DNA of 64,000 nucleotides from NCBI GenBank assembly GCA_050084985.1, contig JBITNC010000001.1, positions 4,278,001 through 4,342,000 on the forward strand. Direction: 5' to 3'. The translations under genes and the position numbers were made by a program. The stretch comes from Nageia nagi (Eukaryota > Plantae > Pinophyta). The notes beneath the pieces are model-generated. The model did not search any database. It worked only from the letters and a program-made list of their open reading frames with translations, and had not been told where the DNA came from. Numbering within the stretch: position 1 is the stretch's first letter; each line of letters starts with the position of its first letter. Shown here piece after piece: positions 27,381-41,544 of this stretch.

Positions 27381-28986
27381 GAATGTAGTTGATAATGTTG
27401 AAAATGTAGTGTAGCCCTGTGAACATGGTTATTTTTAGGAAGAGACTTGGGGCTTCTATGAGAAGAAGCTCCAAAGAAGAGGTGTGTACATTACCCAAGG
27501 AAGAGGTGGCAAGAGAGGATTTTTTCTTGTAGAGGTAAGATTATAAAAGAAGATGATGAAGAATGCATGATTGTTCCAAAGGAATTTGATGCACATGTGG
27601 AGTGCATGAATGAAGAATGCATTGAATAATGGGAGAGGGAATCCCATGCTTTTGTTGTTCCAAAGTTTACTAAGTACTTCATGGAAGAGACAAACCAAGT
27701 TTTAGATTTTATTTGTCTCATGGAAGAGGAAACACCCATTAATCCTCTTTAAGAGGATGATGAAAATACTGAATTTGATGTTTTTTATCTTCTCATGAAT
27801 GATGTTGATGTTACTATTAATGTAAATCAATTTGATAGTGATGAAGTTGCAGGTTATGGAGAAGAGGCTTGCCCACATTTTGAAGCTTCTCCAAAGGGGC
27901 AAGATATTGATGAAGTTGGAGAAGCTCTAAAAAAGGGAGGAAGTTGAGAAATTTAGTGATGGTTTCAGCCTTGGAAAGGCTGATTTGTTTTGTGAAACTG
28001 AGATATTTAGTGATTTGAATGGTTTTTTTGACGAAAAAGTTAATGGTGTTTTTGATGGGAAGGTCTTAGTTGGTGGACCAATATGGGATATTGGTTCAGA
28101 TTTTGTTGATGAGCTTGAGGTAAAAGATATTGATTTTATTCTGGATTATTTACTTGTTGTTGATAACTCTTCAAAGTTGAAGAATATTTGTATGTTAGAA
28201 GAAAATAACAAGGATTTTCTCATTGATGATGATATGGATGGAAATTGCTTTGTTGATAATATTTTCTATGTTGAAAACATTGTAAATCCTTGTCAAAAGT
28301 GTAAAAATACAATAGTAAATAAGGCTAAATATAATGTGGAAATGGTTTCTTGTGGAGCAACATTGAAAGGTGAAACTCATTTGTAAATTTACCCATTTGT
28401 TCCTAATTTTTTTTGTGAAACTTGGAAGGTTAATTTGCTGGAAGGTTTTGATGAGTTATGTACTAATCTACAAATCATCGATGTGAAATGTTGGGAACTT
28501 GAAGAGTTTGTGGGCAGCCATTACATGGCTATATAAAATATTTTGAAGACTAATTTTGAAAATGCATATGTTGTTTACCAATGGTTGGGCCTATTTTGTT
28601 TTATGGTTATTGTGAAGGTGTGTGAAGTTATTGTTTGGATGAGTGAAAAGGATCAATGTGATCAACATATTGATAGTATTTGGCTCAATGTTGGTAATGC
28701 TTTCTCATGGAGAAACTTTGATGAGAATGATAGTTTTGATGTGCATTATGAGTTTGTGATGTAGGGAGAGTGTAATCTCCAATGGTACCATTACTAGTAA
28801 AGTTTTATTTATAGGAAGAAGCAAAGATTTTGGTGATCCTGTTTGAAGAATGGATGTGTGAAGAATGTCAAATCATACTTTTTAAATTTGATAGTTTCTT
28901 ACTATTAAATTGGAAGAAGAGGAAAAAAGAGACATATCCAATTTGTAATGCTTCCAATAATTCCGTGAAAGCATCAAGGGGGAGAA

Positions 28987-29449
28987 TGTAGGAAATAAGA
29001 CTTTAGGTGTTTATGTGTTAGAAAATATTTTAATATTTTATATTTTGTAATTGAATAAATTGCATATATCTCAAATGTGTAGAGAGTAGTTTTAGTAGTT
29101 TTTAGAAGTTTCATTCAGGAGGTTTCTATTCAATTTTATAATACAAGTTTAAATTAGAGTTTATGTTGTGGTGTGAGGGATGATGGAGTAGAGTGAACAA
29201 TGGAGAATGGTTTGTATTGGATCTATGAGATATCCATACCTATTACAACATGAGTGTTTCAATAAAATATGTTCTAATGTATCTCTTCATTGGAATAAAG
29301 CTTCTTTTAGATCCATTCTCATGTTTTTGAAGATTTGTAAATGTCTCCATTTCTAAAATGATAATTTATGGTAAATGTATTTAATTGCATTGTGATTGTA
29401 AAACAATCTATGAGATTGTTCTTATTTTATGTTTAATCATAATACTTCA
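28987..29449 (+). repeat. 3' LTR of the gag-only element
   Basis: Starts TGTAGG after the PPT and ends AATACTTCA like the 5' LTR. Confidence 0.9.
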
Positions 29450-30990
29450 ATTCAACCCCTTAGCTTGGTTTGGTAAGAAACCAAGTATTAGACACCTGAA
29501 GATCTTTATCTCTACATGCTATGTGCATGTTCCTAATAATAATAGGAAGAAATTAGATGAAAAATCCATCAAGTGTATCTTTGTTGGATATGTTGATGAG
29601 TTTAAAGCCTATAGGTGCTATGATTTAGTCACTAATAAGTTACATATCAATCAAGATATGATATTTAATGAAGGGGAGCATACAATAAGGAGGATGATAG
29701 TATTGACATAAATATAGAGTTTGAAGACTATACTTCTAGCAATTTGGTTGAGCCTTTGCAGCCTCAATAACCCAACATCCCTATGGAAACAACTCATTCC
29801 AATAAAAGGATTGCCTAAGATAATCTATAATATCAAATGTTACATGAATATTTCACCATAAGAGGACACAAAAAACATCAAGGGGGTTTATAATATGATC
29901 AACTATGTGTTTAGGCCATGTTCTCTTGTTGATCCTTCTAACTTTAAAGAAGAAACACAAAATAAATGTTGCAAAATGTTTATGTAAGATGAGATAAAAA
30001 AATCTAAAGAAATTACTTTTGGGAGCTTGTATCTCATCCAAAGAACAAAAATATCATTTGAGTCAAATAGATTTATAAATTGAATTATAATGTTGATGGA
30101 AGTATTACCAAGCATAAGGTCCTGTGTAGTAGTGAAAGGCTATGTTTAGAAAGAAGGCCTAGACTATGAAGAGATATTTACACTAGTTGAAATACTTGAG
30201 ATAGTCATATCTCTTCTACAATTATATTTCCATTTTGGTCTTATAGTTTATCAAATGGATTTAAAATTAGCTTTATTAAATGGATAATTTGAAGAAGTCT
30301 ATGTATCATTCACAAGGATTCACCATTATAGGTTATGAAGATAAAATATATAGATTTGAGACATCTCTTTACACACTTAAACAAGCACCTAGAGCATGAT
30401 ACTCTAGAATTGATGCCTACTTCTATCAAAATGGTTATCAAATATGTTCAATGGAAGCCACACTATACATAAAAGTAAGTAGATTTTTTTTCATCATCAT
30501 TTTTTTATATGTTGATGATATTATCTTCATGAGTAGTTCTAATACCCTATTGAAGAAATTTAAAATTATCATGGTGAATGAGTTTGAGATGAGTGATATG
30601 GATGAAGTGCAATATTTCCTTGGTATGCAAGTGAGATAATCATCCAATGGCAAACCACTAGGTACACCAACAATAGTTATTTGTAAATTGGTGAAAGAGG
30701 ACTCTACTTCTCTTATTGATACAACCCTCTACATGTCACTTTTGGTAGCCTGATGTATCTTAAAACTACCTAACTTAACATTATGTTTGTAGTTAGTTTA
30801 GTAGAAATATTTATACATTCTCTATATGAATCCCATTAGAAAGAAGCCAAAAGAATTCTTCTCTATGTGAGTGGCACAACAACATTTATTCTATGGTATA
30901 AAGCTACTAATTTTAAAAATATTAAAGCATACATAAACATTAATTAGTCCAGAATCCTTGATAATAGAAAATGCACATATGATTATGCCA
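29450..30990 (+). pseudogene. Host Copia integrase C-terminus and RT remnant
   Basis: 'WFGKKPSIRHLKIF..RKKLDEKSIKCIFVGY', 'LKQAPRA*YSRID' and 'LYVDDIIF'. Confidence 0.9.
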
Positions 30991-31014
30991 ATAGGAACAA
31001 GTCAAAAGTATAGC

Positions 31015-32012
31015 TATAAGCACCTAAAAAACACATTTTATGTTATTTATAGTGTTTTATTATCATTCATCATTCATTTTATCCTTTTTTGGTAACTTAA
31101 GCCTTGCTACCATTTTGTTACCCCTGAAACTAGCTGGCCCACTTATTAAGGGGATCAACTAGTCAGCTCACCGATCAGTGAGGTCAGTTAGCTAGTCATC
31201 CTAACCAACCTATTGGTTAGCCCTGCATAAAATTAAACTTTAAAAACATAAAAATAATATTTCTCCCCACATATTCCAAAAATGAAAGTGGTGCATTAAA
31301 CACATGTGGAAGACCAATCAACCACTTAGTCTACCATCTTTGACTTAAGAGGGGTCCTCCACTTCCATTTAATGTCCATATCTAGCCAAGACTCTTTCCC
31401 TTAGCATGTTTGAACTAGAGGAATAGTAGCTAGCTCTAAATTCCAACCATCATGAAGCTCCTCTAGCCATAGCAACTCTAAATCAGCCAAGCCTCCTTCG
31501 ATCATGCAAATCTGAACCAAAGTAAGCATACACAAACATGGATAGGCTTTGATCTTGTTTTGCAAGTTTGGAGCAATCAAGGAGAAGCACCAAGGAGAAG
31601 AGCATTATGTCCTTTTATAGATAAGTATTTTCATGCATTCTGTGTGACATGTAGTATGTTTGTTAGGCTAGATTCATGGTATTCTAGTTTATTTTTACTA
31701 CTTGATCATTGTTTTAGAATAGCATAGGCATATGACATTACATTCTAGGCATATCCTTGATTTTTGTCACCCATTTGATTATGGGATGAGGGATCTACAA
31801 TCTATCAAGGAGGTTTAACACCTCTCTTGAGCATACTTTGGGGTATTAAGGGACCAAAGTGTTGTGATCCATTCTAACACTTATTTTCTTATAGGTCTTC
31901 TTGCAGGTTTAAAACTCTCATCCATCCATCCGACACATCAAATATCAAGCAACATTTTAGACATAGTAGAGTGGTATCCAAAAGACCCATTGCATGATTT
32001 TGGATTCTCACA
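31015..32012 (+). repeat. 5' LTR
   Basis: Ends TTTTGGATTCTCACA and is colinear with the 3' copy over ~930 bp. Confidence 0.9.
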
Positions 32013-32015
32013 AAA

Positions 32016-32033
32016 TGGTGATCATGATGGGAC
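32016..32033 (+). promoter_or_regulatory. Primer-binding site, non-Met (possibly tRNA-Arg type)
   Basis: TGGTGATCATGATGGGAC, 3 nt after the LTR. It resembles TGGCGACC.. after C>T/G>A decay. The tRNA identity is tentative. Confidence 0.6.
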
Positions 32034-33292
32034 ATGCCTTGGGAATCTTCCTTACTCTTCCTCCATGAAATCATGCAAACTTAGAAGTTAAAAAATACAC
32101 AAAATGCTAACCAACTCACTGCATATCAGTTGATAAAGCCTAGCTAACCTTTAGTAGATCGATTACCTCCTGATCTAATGAATCTAATTGGTGCTTAGTA
32201 GATAAATTATCCTTTATCAAATCATTAGTAGATTATTTACATCCATCCAACTCTGTTTTAACTAGTTACCATATCAAAATTGGTCTACATCAGACCAGCT
32301 AGCTTGTTTTAGGGTTTTAAGCTAGTTTATGTCATTTTTAACAAGTGTCATAGTTTTTTGGATTTTTAACTAGGTAGTAACTATCCTCTATCAACATTTG
32401 AATTTTTGGGTTGTATATAAAAGTATTATTTTTGCATTTTTTAAGATCTTTTTTTAAAACTTCTTTGGGTACCCCTATAACTGGTTGGTCAGTTGTTTGA
32501 CCAGTCCATCGGTTGGTATTGCTAGTTAATCTACACCATATCAGCTAGGATCAAAACTTGTAAAATAGGTATTTGACTTCATAAGAGCTTGGAGAGAGAT
32601 TTTACCAAGCTAATATCTCTCTTTTATCATGCCTTAGACTAGGATTTCATGCTGAGTGCATTTTAGGGTTGTTATTTATTTATTTTTGCATTGCAAAAAT
32701 TATCAACATCATTAAAAAATTAAAAAATCAAAAAGAAAAGAAAAAGTTTTTATTTTCTTACATTAGTGAAAGTATTATCATCCTTAGGTGGGAGTGCTTT
32801 TATTTTTGAAATCATCTCTTTTGTTTGGAAGAGCAAATCTTGAATGGATTAATTGCATTGCATCATCATATTTGCTTTATCGCACTTACATTAAAGTCCA
32901 TCACAAACCTAGGAAGTGCCTAGGGCACATGGAATTCATCACCATGGCCTAACCCATACTTGGATTTAATCACTAAGGTGGGAGCCCCCTTCTATTTGTT
33001 GAGAAGTCAATAGAGGTACTTGAGTACCCTTGTAAAATGATTCACACCTCTAAAGATTGAACCTTTACCTAAAATTGCTTGAATAGAATTATCTTTAAGA
33101 AAATTAACAAGAGTTGGGAATTTACAAGTGCATTTAAAATTCATCTTCACTAAAAATATAAAGCTCCAATTGAACAAGAAGTAATTAAATGAGATAAACA
33201 CCATTGATATATATCACCATTGCTTCTTCATTTAGACATCTTTAAAGTGATCATGTAGGATTTTTGTGCATTAGTCTTGCATTTTATTTTCA

Positions 33293-33313
33293 ATATATAT
33301 ATATATATATATA
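33293..33313. repeat. (AT)n microsatellite
   Basis: About 10 AT units. Confidence 0.9.
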
Positions 33314-33739
33314 AAACAAAAATCAAAATCATTTCATTTTAGGCTTGATGTTTGTTTGCTTATCATTATTTGGCATCTCTGGGACACTTCGATGACCCTA
33401 TTATTTGAAAAGCTTTGTTTGAGCTCTTCAAATAATTCATGGTCGGAAGTCAAGTTAGTCAAACCATCCTTTCTTGATCTTCTTCTCCTAGATATTTACT
33501 TCATTTTCATGAGTCTTTATATCATAGTTATCCTCCTTCTTGTGTTAACACTTCATTGTTTGCTACATTAAGTCAAGGAAGTCAAGTCCTTAAGTTCAAC
33601 CGACTAGGTCTCCTAGTCCATTAACATCTCAAGCCATGCAATATAAGTCCTTAATCTCCTCTCATGACTTAGGGCTTGATCATTATCTTCCTTCCTTAAG
33701 AAATACACAATCAATTCCAAGTCAAGTTTGAGGAAACTT

Positions 33740-34960
33740 TCAACAAGTGGCCTCCCAACCTTGTCAAATAGGAGTGTTTCTCCTTCTTTTTTCATGCATC
33801 AACCATCAAGTCAAAGTTAAGGAAAAACCAATCAAATGGCTCAACAACAAAGGCAATTTGTTTCTAATGCAACATGGAATCAACCATTGGGACATAAAAT
33901 ATGATAAGCTTATCAAAGTAAAGAGAAACAATCTACTTCATATGATGAGATCTTAAAAAAATTGGAATAAATTGAATAAAAACTCAATGATCAAGGTAAG
34001 TCAAAAACAACATATCTATCAATTTTTCATTAAGCAATTCATCCATTAGTTGCTATCAAGATCTATCCTTACAATATCAAAACACCTAAGATAGACAAAT
34101 TTATAGGGAAAGAGGATCCTTCAAAACATCTCATGTGATTCAAATATTCTTATTAGAACTTTACCCATGATGATGTTCTCATGTTAAGAGTTTTTCCTAT
34201 GATGTTGGGAGATAAAGCTTTGGATTGGTACAATAACTTTTCCCAACATAGCATCTTCTCATTTGAACAATTGGTTAATCAATTTCTTAAATACTACACC
34301 ATCAACATAAGAAGAAGATCATCAATAACAAACTTACCAAACATATCTCAACATCATGGTGAGTCAATTAAAGATTATGTGGCTAGGTGGAGAGAGATCC
34401 AGATAGATTTGCCATATTCCTTGCTACATGATGAGCTAGTAAATATCTTTATCAATAGTTGTAACTAATAAATGTCTTTTATCTTAAAAATTCAACATAA
34501 ATATTTCAAGGATGTTTTATCAAAAATAATGATCATTGAAGAAGTCAAAATTAGATCTGGTAAAATTAAATTACGAGATAATAATCATGATCAAGATCAA
34601 CAATGAAATGATGATCATCAAACATGTCATGAGAAATAAATAATTCAACCATCATATAAATCTAATCAAACAACATCAACTCATAAACCTATCTTATGAT
34701 CAAACAAATTCAGATCAAGAAGATATTTGACTCCTTTTGGGGACTCTTTATTCGATATCTTACTAACATTATTATAGATAAATCTATCGATGTTACCTCC
34801 AATCATGCAAAGTCAAGAAGAATAATCAATACCTTGGTATAGAAAAAATATGTTTTATGACTATCATAGATAATGTGGACATGGCACCACTTGATGCATG
34901 TGATTGAAGAATGAAATTCAAGATCTTATCGACAATGGGGTAGTATTAACATAAGTGCTA
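33740..34960 (+). pseudogene. Gypsy gag (Retrotrans_gag + decayed zinc knuckle)
   Basis: 'KIDKFIGKEDPSKHL', ORF 34181-34468 'RVFPMMLGDKALDWYNNFSQHSIFSFEQLVNQF..GESIKDYVARWR', and 'YDYHR*CGHGTT*CM..IQDLIDNG'. Confidence 0.85.
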
Positions 34961-35169
34961 ATTGCATCATCCAATCAATAGTTGAAAACAATCAATAATC
35001 ACATGCCTAATCATGATCAAAACATCAAGCATCATAAGTAGGTTTATCATCACCTTTTTTGGATGAGCCATTAGACACGTGTTTATCCTTGATAGTCATT
35101 GTCTTTTGTCTTTGGTCAAGTTAAGAATGTTTATCATTTATCATTATTATTATCAATTTTTTACAAGAA

Positions 35170-36295
35170 TTGTATGCATGCATATGCTTGGTAGGTCTAT
35201 GTACCTATGATAATTTTCCCTCTAGCTATTAGGGCAAAGTAGAAGTCATTTTTTCATTATCTTTTGTGAAAGCATTGTATGCTTGCATGCTATGAATACA
35301 CTTGGTAGGCCCATGAGACTATGATCATAGCATCCCTTTATCATTATCCTCTTGTGTAACATGTATCCTCATCACACCATCATTTGATCATGTGATCTAC
35401 CTTGTATTGTTCTTCTATGTGTCATGTGTCCTTGTCACACTATCATGTTATCCCCTTCAGCATAGTTCCTTTGTGTGATATGTATCCTTATCACATCAAC
35501 ATTGTTCCTTTGTGTGATGTGCATCCTCATCACACATCCATATCATGTTATCAACCCCTTTGTATTGTCACTTCATGTGATGTGTATCCTCATCATATAG
35601 CCTTGTCATCTTGTTAGCCCCTTTGTCTTCTCTTTTTGTGTGACATGTATCCTTGTCACACCATCAACCAATCCTATCCTTCCTTTGTGTGACATGCATC
35701 ATCATCACACTATCATCCATCATGCCTTCTTGGTTTGTTCATTTTTCATTTTCATATGAGCAGCATATGCCTGTGTGCTATGGATATGCTTGATCATTTA
35801 CCCTTTAGCTATTGGGGCAAAGTAGAGATCATTTATCATTTGTCATCTTTGTATGAGCATTGGTCATACACTTGATAGGTCTATGTACCTACAATCATTT
35901 ACCCTTTAGTTGCTAGGGCAAAGTAGAGATCATTTGTATTTATCATTTTTGTGCAAGTGTTGGCTATATGATTGGTAGTTATACATACCTATGATCACTT
36001 TCATTTTATCTACTAGGGTAAAGCAAAAATCATTTTTATTTATCATTTATCATTTTTATCATTTATCTTTTATCTTTATCATTCATCATTACTATCATTT
36101 ATATTTTTTTTCATTGTTATCATTTATTAATTATCATTTTTATCATTCATCATTTTGTCATTTTTCATAATTATTATTTTTCATTTTTATCACTTATCTC
36201 TTTGTATGAGTGTTGGCTATACGCTTGGTAGGTTTGCATACCTACAAGCACTTTCCCTTCATCTACTAGGGAAAAGCAAAAATCATCTTATCTTT
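35170..36295 (+). repeat. Degenerate tandem arrays downstream of gag
   Basis: Several copies of TTGTGTGACATGTATCCTCATCACA (35350-35710) and of TGGTAGG..ACCTA..CTAGGGCAAAGTAGAGATCATT. Confidence 0.8.
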
Positions 36296-36449
36296 GTTAT
36301 GTCGTTAAGCATCATGTTTATTTTGTTTTATTTTAAAACATAAAGAAATAAAATAAAATATAAATAAGCCATGGATATAACAAAAACATCTTTATATTAA
36401 TTGTCTTTATTTTACATTGTTTGATGGAAAGTTTTTACATTTTTCCATC

Positions 36450-39260
36450 TTCATCATTATTTTCATTGTTGCTTGTTTTATCCTAGCAAGCATCTTATCT
36501 AGTCTATGTTTGTTTTTGTGTTCTCTTCATTCTATTTTCAACTTTCTTCATCTTGAGTCTATTGTAACTATAAGTTCTCCTATGTAGGATCCATAGTCAT
36601 CTCATTGACTTCCAAGGCATCCAACATTAACCTTGGAATGTGGATTCCTTGGTGTAAGAGGATGTTCTCATATTCATTGGCTCTCCTCTTCCATCATTCC
36701 TTGTTTTAGCGTAGAACATTGCAAGTGTCACAAAATTTGTGCTTCAGCTTTTGCTTTATCTCTTTGGCTTATCTAAATATTGCCTCCTTCTCTACAATCA
36801 ATTTGTCTTGCTTAGCCATGAGCTCTATCTAAGAATGCATGCACATTATATTCTCTCTCTATAGCATGTCATATTTCTATGTCAATATCCCTGCTTCTCT
36901 CTTGGCTTTGGCTAGTTCTTAGAGCAAGTAGATATTCTTTACTTTTTCCCATCTTTGCATATCTTTGACTACATTCATAGGAGTACCTCCTATGTGTTTG
37001 AACTTTTCTTTTTCACTTTCATTGCTTGTGAACCCTCTAACATCGATTATTCCTTTATGTATTTGGTTCCACTAATGCTCTATTATATCCATGATTAGTT
37101 AGTTTATTCTTCACATTCCTCTCATGTTCTATGTCCCATTTGATACCCATGATAACCATGAAGGGTCGCACAATGTCTCCATGCATCTATTTATCATTCC
37201 ATCTTGACCATCCATCTTATTTCCACATTTTTATCCACCATTACATCTCAACTATTCATGTAGAAGCTACACATATATCCATCCTTATATCATATCCATT
37301 CACCTACCTTTTACATGTCTCTAGTAATATCATCATCATTACATTCCTATCCAGTCACTACACACATAACATATCACATCCTTATCTCCTCCATCATTTC
37401 CTTTGATTGTTCAAACCACATTCATTCAACCTTGCATGTCAGTATGAGATTTTCACTTCTATGAATCTCTCATATCGATCATTATTTTTCTTCATTTACC
37501 ATTGATGCCATCATTATTGCATGGACCACTCTACATTTTTCCAAGTGTATATAATCTCATGTGATCCCCTATATTTATCATAGCTTATTCTCTTCATCCA
37601 TTTTATTCTCTTACATTTTGTTCCTATCATTCTTCATTCTTTCATTGATCCCTTTCACTTCCTCATCCTCCAAAGTGAGCTTCAAGATCTCATCATGTAC
37701 CATCTATGTTGTACAATCTTGGCCCTTCATGTTGCATCTACTACTTAGTCCTTATCATGATAGCAACTTGCTTTCATTCATGAGTAGCCTAATATTTGCT
37801 TTGGAATTTACATGGTCCATCATCTCATCTTGAACATGTCAATCATGTTTTCCTATTCTTTAGTTATTAAGTCATACTAATTGGACAAGGCATGTCATGG
37901 TGTACACCTCATTCAATCCCTTCCTATTGTAGTTTGTGTGTTGTACTAGCTTGATGACTCTTCATCTGCAAGAGCAATTTGATACAATCAATGTTGCTTG
38001 GGTGATATGTTAGTACTAATAGTAGTGGTCATTCACTTATTTGTTCCATCTAATTTGATGTGGTAGATGTCAAATTCTTAATCATCACTTCTCCTTCCTA
38101 TGTCACTTCTTACTATTTTCACATTAATGGCTTCTTCAACTAGACCCACTCGATTCCAACTCTTCTAGTGATGACATCAACTCATCTGACTTGGATACTT
38201 AGTCACCTAACCATGTGTTGGATGCATAATTATGGCTACCCACTAGGCTTGTTAGTGGGAATATTTCTTTTTGTGTTAGCTACCCATCAAGGCTTGTCAA
38301 TGTGAATCACTATTTGCTTTTAATGAAAAGAAAAATAAAATAATCATCATCATTTCTTATCTCATTTTCATTCTTGTATTGATTGCATTTTTGTTCTCCT
38401 TGATTATTCAGTCAAATGGTCAAGCATCTAATCTCATTTGTCTTCTGCATCACTATTATTTAATCCACTTCATTCATCTTCATTCATGATTAATTATCTA
38501 GATTACTTTGTGGTCTTATATATTCTTCTTTCATCACTTTATCTTTATAATCATCTTTAGCCTCTTTTGGGAAACTTTGATAGTTTCTTAACATCTCATA
38601 CCCTCTCCCTTCATTTGTGTCTTTCTTTTTAATTCTATTAGTCATCTTCTAATATTTTCCTTTTTTATGTCATTCTATTGTAGTCATGAATAGAGTTCTC
38701 TTTGATGGTATTCATCCTAACCTCCCTTAGGATGTTCTTCATGGCTACATCTATTGCCAAGCCATTCGTTATGCTTGTACCTAGCTACAGATCACCCTTC
38801 ATCAAAACCTCATGTGCATTCAGCTAGACCATATCCATCATCGATACAGCATATGTTTCATCCATAAGTTGGATGACATTGATAATTTATGGCTTATCAT
38901 AGATATCATTTATCACTCGAACTAGATGTGGAAGATTATCTTTTACTGTCCATAAAACATGCTCATGTTTCACTTCTTACACTTTGCTAGTCCACTAGCG
39001 CTTCATCCTAAGGAGCACTATCACCTTTTCACCATTGTGCACACATTTTGGTAATGTGATCTACACTAGGAGTCTAACTTTTGGATGTAGCTAGTCCATG
39101 AGAATGATCAATGGGTATTTTACCCATTTTTCTACATCATGCGCCACTTCCCATTGACCATGCACATGACCCTCTTCAATCAACTGAGCTTGCCTATCAA
39201 CCAGTCAAGTTTGCTTACATCCAATCATAAGAGATCTAGTTCTATCTCTCCTAACCCCAT
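36450..39260 (-). pseudogene. Decayed antisense extra ORF(s) of unknown function with a coiled-coil-like C-terminal part
   Basis: Minus strand from the ATG at 39260 reads 'MGLGEIELDLL*LDVSKLDWLIGKL'. ~36940-36735 reads 'LL*ELAKAKREAGILT*KYDML*REN..ELMAKQDKLIVEKEAIFR*AKEIKQKLKH', with stops explainable as CAR>TAR. Confidence 0.45.
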
Positions 39261-39899
39261 CAATAGTTCAACATAGTCTTCATTCAACTTGATCTCTATC
39301 TTTGTATTTTGTTTGGCTATTCATTTAAGCCTATTAGCAAAAGTATCATCTTGGTCATTGTTGGCATTTTTATCTAATTGTATTTTATCTTCTATCTTAC
39401 TATCCACCCAAGCATGTTGATGGAACTATGATCAATGTTTTTGAATATATTTTCTTCCTTCCATTCTTGTCTTAGTGTGGCTAGATTTTATCATCATTTG
39501 TGTTAATTTTTATTTAATAATTGTTATTCTATATTTTATCATGTGGATTATTTTATTTTCATGTCTATTCTATTATATGTGTCATACCATGTTGCTTGAT
39601 CTATTTTATTTTTGATCATTTATCCTCATATTATCTTATCATCTATTTTTTTTTTGTTATCTTGAGTATCTTTCTCTTACCTCCCATGAGCAATGTGATC
39701 CCTTTTTATCATTATTCCTATCCTTGTCAAGCCATCACCCTAATTTGATCACATTCATGTGATCGATAGCATTTCAATCTTAACCAATTTCCTACATATT
39801 AGTATCATATTTTAGTTTGTCTATCATTATCCTATCCCTAACCAATCTATTGGTTAGTGAATTAGTTGACCATTTGAATTCAAATTTAATCGATCCATA

Positions 39900-40995
39900 G
39901 TCTAGTCATCCTGTCGAGTCTTAAGCTGCATCTAGTCTTCCTATCAAGTCTTAAGCTGTATCTAGTCATCTAGTCAAATCTTAAACTATTTCTTGCCAAT
40001 ACTAACTATGGTTTTCTTTTTCAGAACTATGACCATAACCTTTATCCTTTGGTAGTTTAGTCCCATATGTGATTGTATTCTCTATCATGTGATTGCCTTA
40101 GTCTTGCTGTAGTTGAGTCTCTATCATTTAGTTATAATCAGTCACAACTGTAATCTTGGTCTTGGTCATTTGGTCTCTTGTACCCCACCATAATCATTTA
40201 TCATTATCTCCTTGTCATTTTCTATCTTGCCTATCCTATCACCATGGGAGTTGATACTAGGGCCTACTTCTCCTTTTGTGGTCATCTAGTAATGGAGACT
40301 ATGAGGTATGACAATAGTCACTCATCTCCCACCATCATCCCATGTTTTGTATCCATCTCATTTGTCTTTGAACTTATTGTATCATGGTTATTCAATCAAT
40401 AATTTATCAATGTCTTGTTGACACTCCCTTTAACTACTAGCGCAAAGCAAAAGTTAGTTACCCTTTAATTGCTAGGGCAAGGTAGAGATCATTTTCCTTT
40501 TTGCATTTAGATTAGAATAGGTAGATTAGATTAATACATTTTTTCAAGTTCATCCCACCCTCATCATTAGGTACTAATCATGAGTTCCAATGCATTCTTA
40601 TACAACCAATCATGCACCAAAACTAGACTTAATTGGACTATCCTAGTGTTTTAGATGATCTTATATGGCCTATCATGTGCCTAAATTAGCTCTCATCCCA
40701 GTTGCTTTACCTTTCACCCTTGAACTACTAGGTCAAAGAAAAATCATGTATAATATGTTGTTATGGTGTGATTCTTCCATTGTGATGCTTTATTAAGGAT
40801 GATCTTATATGACCTTTCATTCACCAAAACTAGCTCTCATCTTGGTTGTATCGTATTCACCCTTCGAATACTAGGGAAAAGTAGAATCATTTTTCATGTA
40901 TCATATGTCATTTTGTATCATTTTTTCCATCATTATGTTTCATTATAATGATATTATATGGCCTATCATATGCTAAAACTAACTCTCATCCTAAT
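39900..40995 (+). repeat. 3' UTR tandem repeats
   Basis: 3 x 30 bp TCTAGTCATCCTGTCGAGTCTTAAGCTGCA (39901-39990) and 3 x ~145 bp units starting ATGATCTTATATGGCC (40655-40995). Confidence 0.75.
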
Positions 40996-41544
40996 CAATT
41001 CATGTTATGTGAATAGTCCCACTGTATCATCTTATCATATCATTAAAGTTTGATCATTTATCATGCATCTTTGCTTTCCATTCAAAATGAGGCAAAGTTA
41101 TCCTTAGCATATATTATTTTTTATTCAACATAGGGAAAGACCATCATCATCATCATTCTATTGCAAGAAGGTCTTTATTACCATTATGTTGCTTTGCTTT
41201 CCATTCAACATGGGGTAAAGTTTCCTTTTGGTAGCATGATCATATGTCTAAGCATGACTTGCCTTTAGTATTAAGCATTTTAGCATAGTCATTTAGCTTG
41301 GTCACCTTTGCATTGACCATGTCCTTAATAGTGTCATGCATTTTTCCTTAGCATGTGGTAGGTCTGCATACCTCCACATCACCTTGCATGCTAGTAAGAC
41401 ATCGTTAGTCATTGATCATTATCTTTATCATCATCTCATCATCTTATCATTTGGTCTTTTATCATATCATATATTCTTTATCATCCATCTTGTTAGCTTT
41501 TGTATTGATTCTTGCTTCATGATTTTTTGCAAAACTCACCCATC

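Larger units (their letters stand above)
24071..29449 (+). mobile_element. Non-autonomous gag-only LTR retroelement (TR-GAG/LARD-like) carrying PPR fragments
   Basis: LTR pair 24071-25201 and 28987-29449 (TG..CA), PBS TAGTATCACAGC at 25205-25216, PPT AAGGGGGAGAA at 28976-28986. Contains a Copia-type gag N-terminus but no recognisable PR/INT/RT. The flanks AATAA/ATTCA are only a partial TSD match. Confidence 0.85.

Noticed and set aside
37131-37833. Plus-strand hydrophobic ORFs suggesting an env-like protein
   Set aside because: The His/Ser/Ile/Phe bias reflects the complement of a purine-rich minus-strand sequence; there is no env evidence.
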